From assembly GCA_918797485.1 (NCBI GenBank), contig CAKKNE010000001.1, forward strand, positions 3,472,001 to 3,536,000: 64,000 nt of DNA, read 5' to 3'. The notes beneath the pieces are model-generated. The model was not told where the DNA came from and ran no database searches. It saw nothing but the letters and a program-made list of their open reading frames with translations. The DNA is from Pelagomonas calceolata (lineage: Eukaryota). Positions 30,112-39,800 of this stretch are shown here, one piece after another (position 1 is the stretch's first letter; every line of letters begins with the position of its first letter). A program made the translations under genes and the position numbers.

Positions 30112-30200
30112 GAATACGTGCTGCCTTTTCCTAGACCTCAGAGGTCTATCGCGACCTTCAAATATATATGCAACACGTTACGCCACACACACAAATAGAC

Positions 30201-31016
30201 CTAAACACCGCGCTTCTTCAGCTGGCTCGTCGCCGCGTCGTAGGCGCCAAAAAACAGGAACCCGCCGAGCGAGATCCAAAACACGCGCGCCGAGAGGCCG
30301 CTCAGCAGCGCGGCCGCGCCCTCCTCCTTGACGACGCGCGAGAACACGTCCGCCACACCGTTATAAGCCAAACCCTTCGCGTCGGCCCCGAGCATCAGCC
30401 GCGTCTTCACCACATCCAACGGCGTAGTGACCGCAGCGGCGAAGCCGCCGGACGCGCAGCCGCATAGAGCGACGTGGTACGGTTCGAGATCAGCACCTCT
30501 ATAATTCCTCCAAGCCCGCTTCGCCGACTCGAGCAGGGGCATCTGGATCATGGCGAAGGGCACCTCGCGGCCGACTGTGGCGCCGAAGCCGCGGTAGAAG
30601 CCTCCGACGCCGCTCTCCCTCAGTATTTGGGACGCGCCGCTCAGTAACCTCGCGTCGATCTTGCCGGCCTGCTGGTTCTGCTTGACGTTCTCGACAGGGA
30701 CACGTACGGAACAAGCGACGGTCTCGCCCACGGACGCTGCTAAAACTTGCGCGGACGTGTTCTCGGCCCCGAGCGTGTGCTTCGTGCGCTCGTAGGCCGT
30801 GAAGAAGAGCGCCGCGCCCGGCACGGACCCCGCGGCGGCCGCGCCGAGCCCCCGGTAGATACCAGAGAACCCTCCCGCCTGCCGGAAGCCGCCCGGCGCC
30901 TGGAGCCGCGTCTTGAGCGTGTCGATCGGGAAGAGCGACACGTCGACGGCGAAGCCCGCCGCGCCACCCGCCAGCAGGGCGCGCTTAAAGCTGGGTTTGT
31001 CTTCTGCTTGCGCCAT
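30201..31016 (-). CDS. Mitochondrial carrier, S-adenosylmethionine carrier-like
   Basis: Three Px(D/E)xxK signatures; FPIDTLKTRLQ, REVPFAMIQ, TTPLDVVKTRLML. Confidence 0.9.
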   Translation of the reverse strand: MAQAEDKPSFKRALLAGGAAGFAVDVSLFPIDTLKTRLQAPGGFRQAGGFSGIYRGLGAAAAGSVPGAALFFTAYERTKHTLGAENTSAQVLAASVGETVACSVRVPVENVKQNQQAGKIDARLLSGASQILRESGVGGFYRGFGATVGREVPFAMIQMPLLESAKRAWRNYRGADLEPYHVALCGCASGGFAAAVTTPLDVVKTRLMLGADAKGLAYNGVADVFSRVVKEEGAAALLSGLSARVFWISLGGFLFFGAYDAATSQLKKRGV

Positions 31017-31286
31017 CGCTGCGGCTGCGAGCTGTGCACCACGTGCGTGTGGCTGCAGTTCGCTGATGATGCGTGTGTGAGCCGTGCGACCCTTCTTGCA
31101 GTGCAGGTCTCAGCGCCGGCGCGTGCAAGTGCTGTTACTGTCAGCGAGAGCTGTATAGCGTCCAAGCGCAGGCAGGGAGCGAGACTGCCAGCTAGCTGGT
31201 GAAATCCTAGTGTCGGTGTACGCTAGCAAGCACGCCGGCGCGCCGAGTGATTGTGAGGGTGTAGAAGCTCGATTCGAGCAGGAGGC

Positions 31287-32294
31287 ATGCAAACCATGCG
31301 CCACACCACTTTTGCGCTCACTCTGGCAGCCGTGCGAGCGCTCACGACGGCGCCGCTCCACGACGTCACGCCCCTCATAAAGTCCGCCCCGCTCTCCAAC
31401 AAACTAAACTGCGACGTCTTCTTCAAGATGGACTGCGCCCAGCCACCTGGAAGTTTTAAGTTGCGAGGCATCGGCGCGACCGTGAAAGAAGCAGTCGAGA
31501 ACGGAGCGGACGGCGTCGTGTCCTCGAGCGGCGGCAACGCGGGCCTCGCGACGGCGCACGCCGCGCGCGCGCTCGGGATCGCATGCACGGTCGTGCTGCC
31601 GACGACGACGCCTGATGCCGTCCGGCGCAAATTAGAAAAGGAGTACGGTGCCGAAGTGATTGTGGAGGGTGCGGTCTGGGATGAGGCCAATGAACGAGCA
31701 AAACAACTAGCAGCAGAGTACGAGCGCCCGCTTGTGCACCCCTTCGAGGGCGAGACTACTTGGAAGGGGCATTCCACATTAGTTCAAGAGGTCGATGAGC
31801 AGCTCGCCGAGATAGGTAAAAAAATGGACGCAATAGTGTGTTGTGTCGGCGGCGGCGGGCTCCTCGCCGGCGTGTTGCGAGGTGTTGGTACTAGGGACGA
31901 CTGCGCCATCGTGGCGGCGGAGACGCATGGGGCGGACTCCTTCGCGCAATCATTCAAAGCAGGAACGCCGGCGACGATCCCTATAACCTCCATCGCCAAG
32001 TCGCTGGGCGCGGGGACGCCGTCTCCCATTGTCTTGCGGGACGCGTTATCATCGAAGCGCGTCCACCCGCACGTCGTCTCCGACGCGGCCGCGGTGCGCG
32101 CGTGCGTCAATTTCGCGGACGAGCGGCGCGTGCTCGTCGAGCCGGCCTGCGGCGCGGCGCTGGCCTGCGTCTATGGGGACGACGTGCCGGCCGTCTTGCA
32201 AAATAGGCGCTGTGTGGTTGTGGAGGTCTGCGGCGGCGCCGTCGTCGGCGTGGAGCAGCTGGACGCCTGGGCGCGGGAGCTCCTCCAATGTTAG
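31287..32294 (+). CDS. L-serine/threonine dehydratase (PLP-dependent)
   Basis: GSFKLRGIG, SSGGNAGLA, VGGGGLL, LVEPACGAALA. Confidence 0.9.
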   Translation: MQTMRHTTFALTLAAVRALTTAPLHDVTPLIKSAPLSNKLNCDVFFKMDCAQPPGSFKLRGIGATVKEAVENGADGVVSSSGGNAGLATAHAARALGIACTVVLPTTTPDAVRRKLEKEYGAEVIVEGAVWDEANERAKQLAAEYERPLVHPFEGETTWKGHSTLVQEVDEQLAEIGKKMDAIVCCVGGGGLLAGVLRGVGTRDDCAIVAAETHGADSFAQSFKAGTPATIPITSIAKSLGAGTPSPIVLRDALSSKRVHPHVVSDAAAVRACVNFADERRVLVEPACGAALACVYGDDVPAVLQNRRCVVVEVCGGAVVGVEQLDAWARELLQC

Positions 32295-32335
32295 TTTTAT
32301 TACACTGTGGCGGAACATATCAAGCATAAAAATAG

Positions 32336-33958
32336 TTAGTAAATCCGCACGAAGTGCTCGGCCGGGATGTGCACGACGTACTCCCCGAATTTGGCACGCT
32401 GCAGCGAGTAGCCCGGCACGAGGAACGCGCGCGCGAGCGCCGGCGTCCTACTTGAATCGAGGAACGGCGACGCGTGCACCTGCGTCCACGTCCGTGTGTC
32501 GTTTACCCACAACGGCGGGTCGCCCTCGTCGAGGCGCAGGTCGACGGCCACGTCGCAGGCCGCCGCATCTACATAAACGTTGGCCTCGCCTCCATTATGA
32601 CCGTTGAAGCCCTTCACATCCCGGGCCGCCGTCTCCATTGGATCCGCGTCGTACGCGTAGGGCCGGGGCAGCTGGCCGTCAAACGCGGAGCGCACGAAAC
32701 TCAAACGCGCATTTGAGGGCAGGAGCAGCGTGCCCGGGAAGCGGTGCCACTCGGAACCGGCGCAGACCGTGACCCCAGGACCAAGCTTCGCCGCCGTCGC
32801 CGCGGCCGCGCGCCACGCCGTCATCTGCCCGTGGTCGTAGTAGACGGCGAGGGCCGCAATTCGGGAGACGCCTAGCAAAGCTGCCGCGCCGAGCGCCGCG
32901 AATGTGAGGAAACGCCGCGTCGTCCGCGGTGCCACGAATTTGGCGCCGAGCGCGCCCAGTGCAGAAGCACCCGCATCCAACGACGCCGCCGCGCCGATAT
33001 ACAGAGACGGAAACGCGGGGAAGAGGAAGCGCTCCTCCTTGTGGGGCCGCAGGAGTAAAATGCCGACCCACAATACGAACGGCGCCGCGTGCGTCAATAC
33101 CGTGGATGCCGGCCGCCGCGGGTCGCGCGCTAGTAAATGGCGGAGGAGGAGCGTGATGGGCATCACTAATACTAGTACGAGCGCGATGCCCGCATTCAAG
33201 CCGAGGTTCTTCGCGTAGTAGGTCCAGGGGGCGACGCCGTACAATTCGTCGCCGCCGCCCACTGCATTATACGTGATAACGTTCCAGAGCGGGCTCGTGG
33301 CGCGGCTGTAGGCCTTGGCGTCGAAGGCCGCGCAGGGTATCAGAACAAACAAGCCGCTCGCGACGCCTAGCCGTAGCGCTTCGCGCAGGCCGTCCTTCAG
33401 CAAAACGTCGACCGCCAAGGGAATGAACAGCACAGCCACGAAGGGCCAGCCGGGCCAGAGCGTCGCGAGCACGGCCAGGAACACGGCGCCGCGGCGGTCT
33501 CCTTTCAACCACCTACCTTGCGACCACGCGGCGAGAGCACAAATCGTGGCCGAGGGCACGAGCGCCGGCGCGGCCGCGGCGTGGCCCGCCGAGCTCGCGA
33601 GGAGGCCGAGCAGTATCCAACCAGCGTCCGGCCCGAACCGCTTTTCCATACCCTTGACGAGCGACGCCTCGGCGAGCGCGAACGGCAGCGCGACAGCACA
33701 CAAGCGGACGGCGAGGAACGAGTTGTCTACGATCCGCGAGATCGCCGCGTAGGGCAACACATAAGCCCAGCTCCGCAGCGCGAACTCCGGGGCGTACTCC
33801 CAGGTCTGCAGCGGTCTCCGAAAAGGGTGCGGCGCGGCGAGCAAACAGACGGCCTCCCAGTAGTTGTAAGTTTCGTCGCAGTCCGCGACGCCCGCCAGCC
33901 AGGCGTTCAGGAGGCGGAGTGGTATTAATGCGAGGAGTGCGGCCGCAGCGGGCTGCAT
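32336..33958 (-). CDS. ALG9: Alpha-1,2-mannosyltransferase (GT22)
   Basis: DCDETYNYWE, QTWEYAPEFALRSWAY, PHKEERFLFP, EWHRFP. Confidence 0.92.
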   Translation of the reverse strand: MQPAAAALLALIPLRLLNAWLAGVADCDETYNYWEAVCLLAAPHPFRRPLQTWEYAPEFALRSWAYVLPYAAISRIVDNSFLAVRLCAVALPFALAEASLVKGMEKRFGPDAGWILLGLLASSAGHAAAAPALVPSATICALAAWSQGRWLKGDRRGAVFLAVLATLWPGWPFVAVLFIPLAVDVLLKDGLREALRLGVASGLFVLIPCAAFDAKAYSRATSPLWNVITYNAVGGGDELYGVAPWTYYAKNLGLNAGIALVLVLVMPITLLLRHLLARDPRRPASTVLTHAAPFVLWVGILLLRPHKEERFLFPAFPSLYIGAAASLDAGASALGALGAKFVAPRTTRRFLTFAALGAAALLGVSRIAALAVYYDHGQMTAWRAAAATAAKLGPGVTVCAGSEWHRFPGTLLLPSNARLSFVRSAFDGQLPRPYAYDADPMETAARDVKGFNGHNGGEANVYVDAAACDVAVDLRLDEGDPPLWVNDTRTWTQVHASPFLDSSRTPALARAFLVPGYSLQRAKFGEYVVHIPAEHFVRIY

Positions 33959-34171
33959 GGCGTCCGGTAGTTTTGTGATCGATTATTACTCCAGCAATGT
34001 ACCGCTGGCTGCAGGTGTGCTGTAGAGGCGGGTTATCTCGCGCTGTGGTGCAGCAGCGCTCGCAAGATCTCGCACGGACTATGCCGGTATATATGAGAAG
34101 CCCTCCGAGGCAGAGATACAATCGATGATGCCGCAGCGGCGACGTGGGAGCGGCTCCAACTTTTGCCTCTA

Positions 34172-34194
34172 GCTAGCGCGATAAAGGCACTAGC
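34172..34194 (+). promoter_or_regulatory. Bipartite CTAG upstream motif (variant)
   Basis: GCTAGCGCGATAAAGGCACTAGC between divergent genes. Confidence 0.5.
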
Positions 34195-34333
34195 AAGTAG
34201 CGGCCTCGCGCGCCAGTTTGGCCCAGTCTTTGTAATTGGGCAGCCCCAGGAACATACAGGCGTCGCCAGCGCCGCCGCCGGAAGCTGTCGGACGCCGCAC
34301 GCCGTCGAAGTGATACAGTAAAAGCGAGAACCA

Positions 34334-35227
34334 ATGGAGGAGGGCCAGCAGGAGCAGGGCAGCCCCAAGGCGTGCGCGGTGTGCGAGAAGGAGGCCAAGT
34401 TCCATTGCGCGCGCTGCCAGGGTGAAGTAATCGCGCGGTACTGCTCACGCGAGTGCCAGCGCCAACATTGGCCGAGGCACAAGAACGTCTGCGGCAGCGA
34501 TGATCCCTGCCCGCTGTGCTTGGAAAGAGCCGAGGACGACGGCGCTCATGTCCTCTGTTTCGCGTGCGGCTTCGCGTCCTGCGAGAGTTGTAAGGCGAAG
34601 TGGGTCCAAGGCTATTGCCCATCTTGTAAAGCGGACCAGGTCGAGGTTAAAGATAAAGCATGCCTGCTTCAGAAGGTCCTGGAGGCGAAGCCGGACCATA
34701 CGATTGCGAACTATCGGCTCGGGTTGTACTATCTGCGCGGCCAGGAGGGCGTCGCCCTGGACCGGGAGAAGGCCTTGTTTCACCTCGAGCGGGCCTTCGA
34801 GAAGGGCATCGCGGATGCAGGTATCCCCATCTACAATATCCGCAAGGATCGGGGCGAGGTGGCCCTGGGCTGGCTCGCGAAAGCCCTGCGGTCGCCGAAG
34901 CTGAGCGCCGGTAATAGGGCGAGCGTCGAGCGCGACTTGAGGCCGATGCTCGATGCTATGGAAAAGGCGGGGCAGATTGCTGAAGGCCTGTCGATCGCGG
35001 AGTTCCTGGACAACGTCGAGGGCATGATGAATCTGCCGCCCCCGCCGCCTTCGGCCGGCGCGCCGGCTCCGGCGGCGCCGCCCCCCGCGCCCGGTGCGGC
35101 CGAAAAGCAGGCCGCCGCCGCGCAAGAGGAGATCGAGCGCCTCCGGAGCGCCCACGCCGACGCGCAGAAGCGCATGGAGCAGCTCACGGCCGAGCCGCCG
35201 TCGTCCGTGTTCTTGACCGGAGACTAA
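34334..35227 (+). CDS. MYND zinc finger + RING-like + Sel1-like repeat protein
   Basis: CAVC..CARC..YCSRECQRQHWPRHKNVC; CPLC..CFACG..CESC..CPSCK; YRLGLYYLRGQEGV. Confidence 0.8.
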   Translation: MEEGQQEQGSPKACAVCEKEAKFHCARCQGEVIARYCSRECQRQHWPRHKNVCGSDDPCPLCLERAEDDGAHVLCFACGFASCESCKAKWVQGYCPSCKADQVEVKDKACLLQKVLEAKPDHTIANYRLGLYYLRGQEGVALDREKALFHLERAFEKGIADAGIPIYNIRKDRGEVALGWLAKALRSPKLSAGNRASVERDLRPMLDAMEKAGQIAEGLSIAEFLDNVEGMMNLPPPPPSAGAPAPAAPPPAPGAAEKQAAAAQEEIERLRSAHADAQKRMEQLTAEPPSSVFLTGD

Positions 35228-35258
35228 GTGATTTGTGAGTGATCGACCCCATATTCTT

Positions 35259-35308
35259 TACGGTGCTAGGACTAGTAGGCGGAGCCCCTGGAGGGGAGAC
35301 ACCGTGCG
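35259..35308 (+). repeat. Dispersed repeat A, 5' module
   Basis: TACGGTGCTAGGACTAGTAGGCGGAGCCCCT...CACCG. Confidence 0.8.
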
Positions 35309-35331
35309 AGTGATCGACTCGGACACACATA

Positions 35332-36630
35332 TTACTCGGGCGGCGCCACGGCCATCGACTCCGCCGCGTGGACCTTGTGCGTGTACGCGTGGAGGGCCCT
35401 ATATATAGTCCGCTGGTCGTGCGCGTCCTTGACCGGGTGCACGGAGACGGGCCGCGGGCAGAACCGCGCGTCGCTCGTGAACACCTTGGCGAGCTCGTGC
35501 CGCGTCCATTGCACGACGCCCGGCGTGCGGCCGTCGACGACCGGCGCGCCCGCGATGTTCTGCATGCACGGCTGGCAGTCCACGAGCGCGACCTTGTGGA
35601 GGTGCGCACATAATCCCACAGTGGCGTCCTCGGGCTTGTTGATGCAGTGCTTCTTTATGGACCGGTCGCATGGTAATTCCCCGACCCTTCTGATGCAGTC
35701 CTTCGAGACTATCGACTGAAGAGCGTCCCTGGAAAAGCCCTCGAGGCCACCATGTACATAAGTTATTGTCGACTGTTGTGACGTCTTTCGGTCCTGGTAG
35801 TACTCCTTGACCAAATCCTGCCAGCCTGGTCTCTTAAACAACTGGTCCTTGGACCTTGAGTGAATGCGATACATGGCCCAGTCCTCTGGGTTTGGTGATC
35901 GCTGGGGCAGCTCGCCGGCGTCGCCGAAATACAAGTTCGTTTCTCCTCGTAGCACCCTAACCTGGAAGAAACTTAGGAAGCGGTAGAGGTTGTGCGGTTC
36001 GATCACGGTATCAGTGTCCAGCTTGATATACCATTGTTTGTGCGGTAGGATCCGGAGTAGCCCCTTCAATAAAGCAGAGAACTTGTCGAAGTTGTTGAGG
36101 ATGGCCGTGACCTCGTTCGACGCGTCTATCCTTTGGTAGGTCGGGTAGTAGCACTCGAAATGTAATCGAGGGAGGTCCGGTCTACTTGCCTCAAGCTCTT
36201 CAGGCGGTCTTAGTTGGGAAGCAACATCCGTGTCATGGTCGCAGTCGACCAACAACAAAATCTCCAAACTACTACCGGCGTCGGCCATCCACGACTGCCG
36301 CGCTGCTGTTAATAAAGGGACGTCCGACTTGTAGGTCGATGTTAATGATCGAAACATGTAGCCAATGCCCACATCAGAAGGACGCGTGTGGTTCTGGGGC
36401 GGGCCGCTTCGTCTCACCTTCTCGCGCCACGCCGATTGTCTAGGTAGTTTTATGGGACCGCGGGAGACGAGCCGGTCGCAGCTGAACTGCGGTCCTGGTG
36501 ACTCATCGACCAAGTCGCGGAAGGGAATCAGGCCCTTGCTTCGATATGAATCGACTTCTTGTGGGGAGCGGAGGTCCAGCACCTCGTCCTGGGCCCATAC
36601 GGCTGCTATGATTAGAATTGTCTGGCGCAT
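35332..36630 (-). CDS. GT31/fringe-like glycosyltransferase
   Basis: Signal peptide from ATG 36630; WYIKLDTDT (DxD), YVHGG, EDATVGLC, HPVKD. Confidence 0.75.
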   Translation of the reverse strand: MRQTILIIAAVWAQDEVLDLRSPQEVDSYRSKGLIPFRDLVDESPGPQFSCDRLVSRGPIKLPRQSAWREKVRRSGPPQNHTRPSDVGIGYMFRSLTSTYKSDVPLLTAARQSWMADAGSSLEILLLVDCDHDTDVASQLRPPEELEASRPDLPRLHFECYYPTYQRIDASNEVTAILNNFDKFSALLKGLLRILPHKQWYIKLDTDTVIEPHNLYRFLSFFQVRVLRGETNLYFGDAGELPQRSPNPEDWAMYRIHSRSKDQLFKRPGWQDLVKEYYQDRKTSQQSTITYVHGGLEGFSRDALQSIVSKDCIRRVGELPCDRSIKKHCINKPEDATVGLCAHLHKVALVDCQPCMQNIAGAPVVDGRTPGVVQWTRHELAKVFTSDARFCPRPVSVHPVKDAHDQRTIYRALHAYTHKVHAAESMAVAPPE

Positions 36631-36858
36631 CGCAGCGATGGCGTCCGGGAGCTGTGGGTGTTGCTCGTGCTGCGAGGCTGCGCTGGGCGTCCTGTTGGGG
36701 CTGCCCGCTTGTGTTCTTGGCCCGCAACCGGCGCGGACCGTAGGTCGAGCAGCTAGTGTGTCTATCTTGTGTCTAACGCGTCGCACCTGCTGCATATCAT
36801 CAGCCGTGATATAGGCAGCGGCCGCACATAAACGGGCAGCGCGAAATAAATCGCCTCG

Positions 36859-39800
36859 ATGGGCAGCGGGACCTCCTCGGCGCATTTGACACGAGAGGAA
36901 TGCAAGCAGCTTGTGCCCGAGGACAAATGGGACGAGAACTGGGACGAGTTCTACTTCGCGGATGGTAAAACCGTCTCGACCGAGATCGCCGAGCGCGTCT
37001 GGGCCAAATCCGAGCGGTGGGAGGCGTACGTAGCGGCCGGGCACGCGCCCGCGGAGCCGAAGGATGGCGGTGTGGAGGAGCGCGACGGTTCGAAGGCGGA
37101 GGACGCGCCGGTCGAACGCGTCGTCGACGCCCGCGAATCATCGAACGGTGCGGCACGCGGCCGGACCAGAGCTGATGCGGACGCGACGGACGCGCGCGTG
37201 AGACGCGGCAGCGCCAGAGGAAATGCAGCGGCGGACGCGACGACAGACGCGCGCGTGAGAAGAACGAAGGCGCTGTGGCAGAAAGGTGTTGCGAAGATCG
37301 GATGGATTACGCACGCGAGAGCGCGGGCGGCGGCGCTCGAGCGCGCTCGATTGGCGGGCATTTCGGAGCAGCTCTACGAGAAGCTGCACGGCGTCGACCG
37401 CTCCGGCGTGGCGGAGGCGCTGGACTTTTCGGCCATAATTGCGGAGAAGCGCGGGCAGCACCTGCCCGGCACGCGCGAGTGGGTGTTTGATGCAGTAGAA
37501 AAGTGGCGCGTCGACCCGGACGCGGCGCAGCTGTTTTGGTTGGTAGGCGGCGGCGGCACGGGCAAGAGCGTCGCCGCGGCCGAGCTACTGGCGCGACTGC
37601 TCGATAAACAAAACGCAGCCGCGTGGCACTTCTGTAAGCACACCGAGCCAGCGCGGTCGGCGCCAGCGGCGCTGTTGCGGTCTTTAGCGGGCATGCTTTG
37701 CGCGACGGTCGTTGGGTTTGAGGAGGCGCTGCGCGAGGGCGGTGGCGGCGACAACACGACGGATAAGGTCGACGAGCTCTTCCAGGGGCTGATCGTTGAG
37801 CCGCTGGAACGCGTCGAGGAGACACGCGATGCGGACGACGCTCTCGTGTTAATCATAGACGCGCTTGACGAGCTGCCGCGCGATGCTTTGCAGCCCGTAC
37901 TCTCGCTGCTCGCGAATGAACTGAAGACGTTGCCAAGTTGGATCAAGCTCGTCGTGACGAGTCGTGACGAAGCTCAAATTAAAGCGAGACTCTCGTGCTT
38001 CGCGCCGTCGGAGCTGCGCGTCGACGAGGCACGGAACCGACAGGACGTGAGGGCGTACCTGACGGTGCTCGCGAAGGAACACATTGAGCTCGAGGTAACG
38101 ATGGAGTCGCTGCGGCGCGAGGTCGAGGCAAAGTTCCCGGGCTTGAAGAATCTCGACACGTTCGCCGACCTCGAGGACCCGCTGCGCCGGTCGAAGGGCG
38201 CGTACGACGAGGCGGTCCGTGGCGTCGCCGGGATCCACGATCTCGAGAAGTATGAGGAGCGACGTCTCGACTTGATACAAGACGAGACCGACTTCGAGAA
38301 GCTCTACGCCGACGCAGCTCTGGCGCAGACGATCTTGATCGACGCGCTGAAGACGCTCCCTGGCGACATTTCGGATCCGGGCGTGAAAGGGCGTGGATCC
38401 GCGGAGCGTAAGCTCACGGACAAGTACACCGACGAGAATGGTGTGCCACATCCCGAGAAATTCCGGGACCTTGCGCGTGCGACGGTTCTGTTCGAGAGCG
38501 CTACTGACCTTCTGAAGGTGCTGACTGAATTGGACGGCGGCGGCCTCGGGCTGGAGATTGCTCAATTGAAAAACAAATTCGCGAGCCCGACGCCGCTCGG
38601 CTACCGCGATATGAATTTGAACATCAGCGTGCGCCTCGACGACGGCCGAAAACATCTCGCCGAGGTCCAGCTGAATCTCAAGAGCGTCGCGGACGCCAAG
38701 CACATCGCCCACGAGCAGTATGAGGTGATTCGGCTGGCGCTACCGAAGATGTGCGAGGGCACGAGCGTCAAGGCGACTGCGCTTGAGACGTTCATCGCCG
38801 AGCGCCTCAACTCTTCGGCGCTCGACGCGGCTGTCACTTCGCTCGAACGGAAGGCCGGCGGGCTGATGCTCTACGCGCGGCTCATCGCGGAACAGCTCGC
38901 GTCCACGAGCGGCAAGATCGACTTTGCGAGCGTCGGCGCGCTGCCGGCGGGCCTCGACGAGATCTACGCGGAGAACTTTCGGCGTGTATTCGTTGATGAT
39001 GCCTCGTGGCGCGAAGCGCTGCCGCTCGTCGAATTAATCTGCGCTGCTGCAGAGCCGTTGACAATTGACGCTGCGAGTGGTGCGCTGGGCTGGGACCGAG
39101 CGCTGTGCAAGAAGGTCTGTGACAGCGTGTCGCTGCTGTTTCCGCTGCGCGAGGGCGACGTGATTGGTGTGCTACATAAGACGGTGACCGACTGGCTGAC
39201 CGGCGAGGCGCCGTTCGACAAGCGCTCTTCCAAGGACGCGTTCTTTGTTGCGCGGGACGCGGCGCATCGGCGGCTGGCGCGGGCGTGCGCCCGGGCGGTT
39301 CGTGCTGGGGTTCTGGATACGGAGTCGTACTCGAGCGACGCGGCCGCGGATGAGGTGCTGGCTTCATTTGTGGAGGGCGAGGGTGGTCCGACGTCGGATG
39401 CCTATGCGTTGCGTTGGTGTTTGTTTCACATGAAGCGGTCTTGCTCTGAAGGTGAGGCCGTCGCGGTCACCTGCAGTCTCTCGTACGTGCAGAAGCGGGT
39501 CAAGGGCGGCGACATTGTTTCCTTCGTGGCGGACCTGAACGTTCTTCAGGGTCAGGACACGCTGTTGCTGTCCGACTCCTTGGTGTGGTCGCGGACGGCG
39601 CTGTCGCAGGGCGCGGCGCTCGTCGATCAGCTCTGGCAGCGGCTGATGCCGCGCGCCGATGCGGAGTCGTCTCCTGCCGCGCGCCGCCTGGCCGACGATG
39701 CGAAAGGGGTCGCGAGCAAGCTGCCGCTCTCGGCCGTGCGACCGATGGGTCTGACGGCGGCGGGTGGGGCGGAGCGGTGTCGGTTCGAGGTTAGTGCTTA

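Noticed and set aside
35332..36858. Head-to-head glycosyltransferase as a partner of the NLR-like gene
   Set aside because: Divergent pairs are the norm in this window, so adjacency alone is not evidence.
37170..37265. Duplicated ADAT(T)DARVRR segment as a signalling amyloid motif or hidden intron in the NLR N-terminus
   Set aside because: Only two short copies, Arg-rich rather than amyloid-like, and no convincing splice sites; left uninterpreted.
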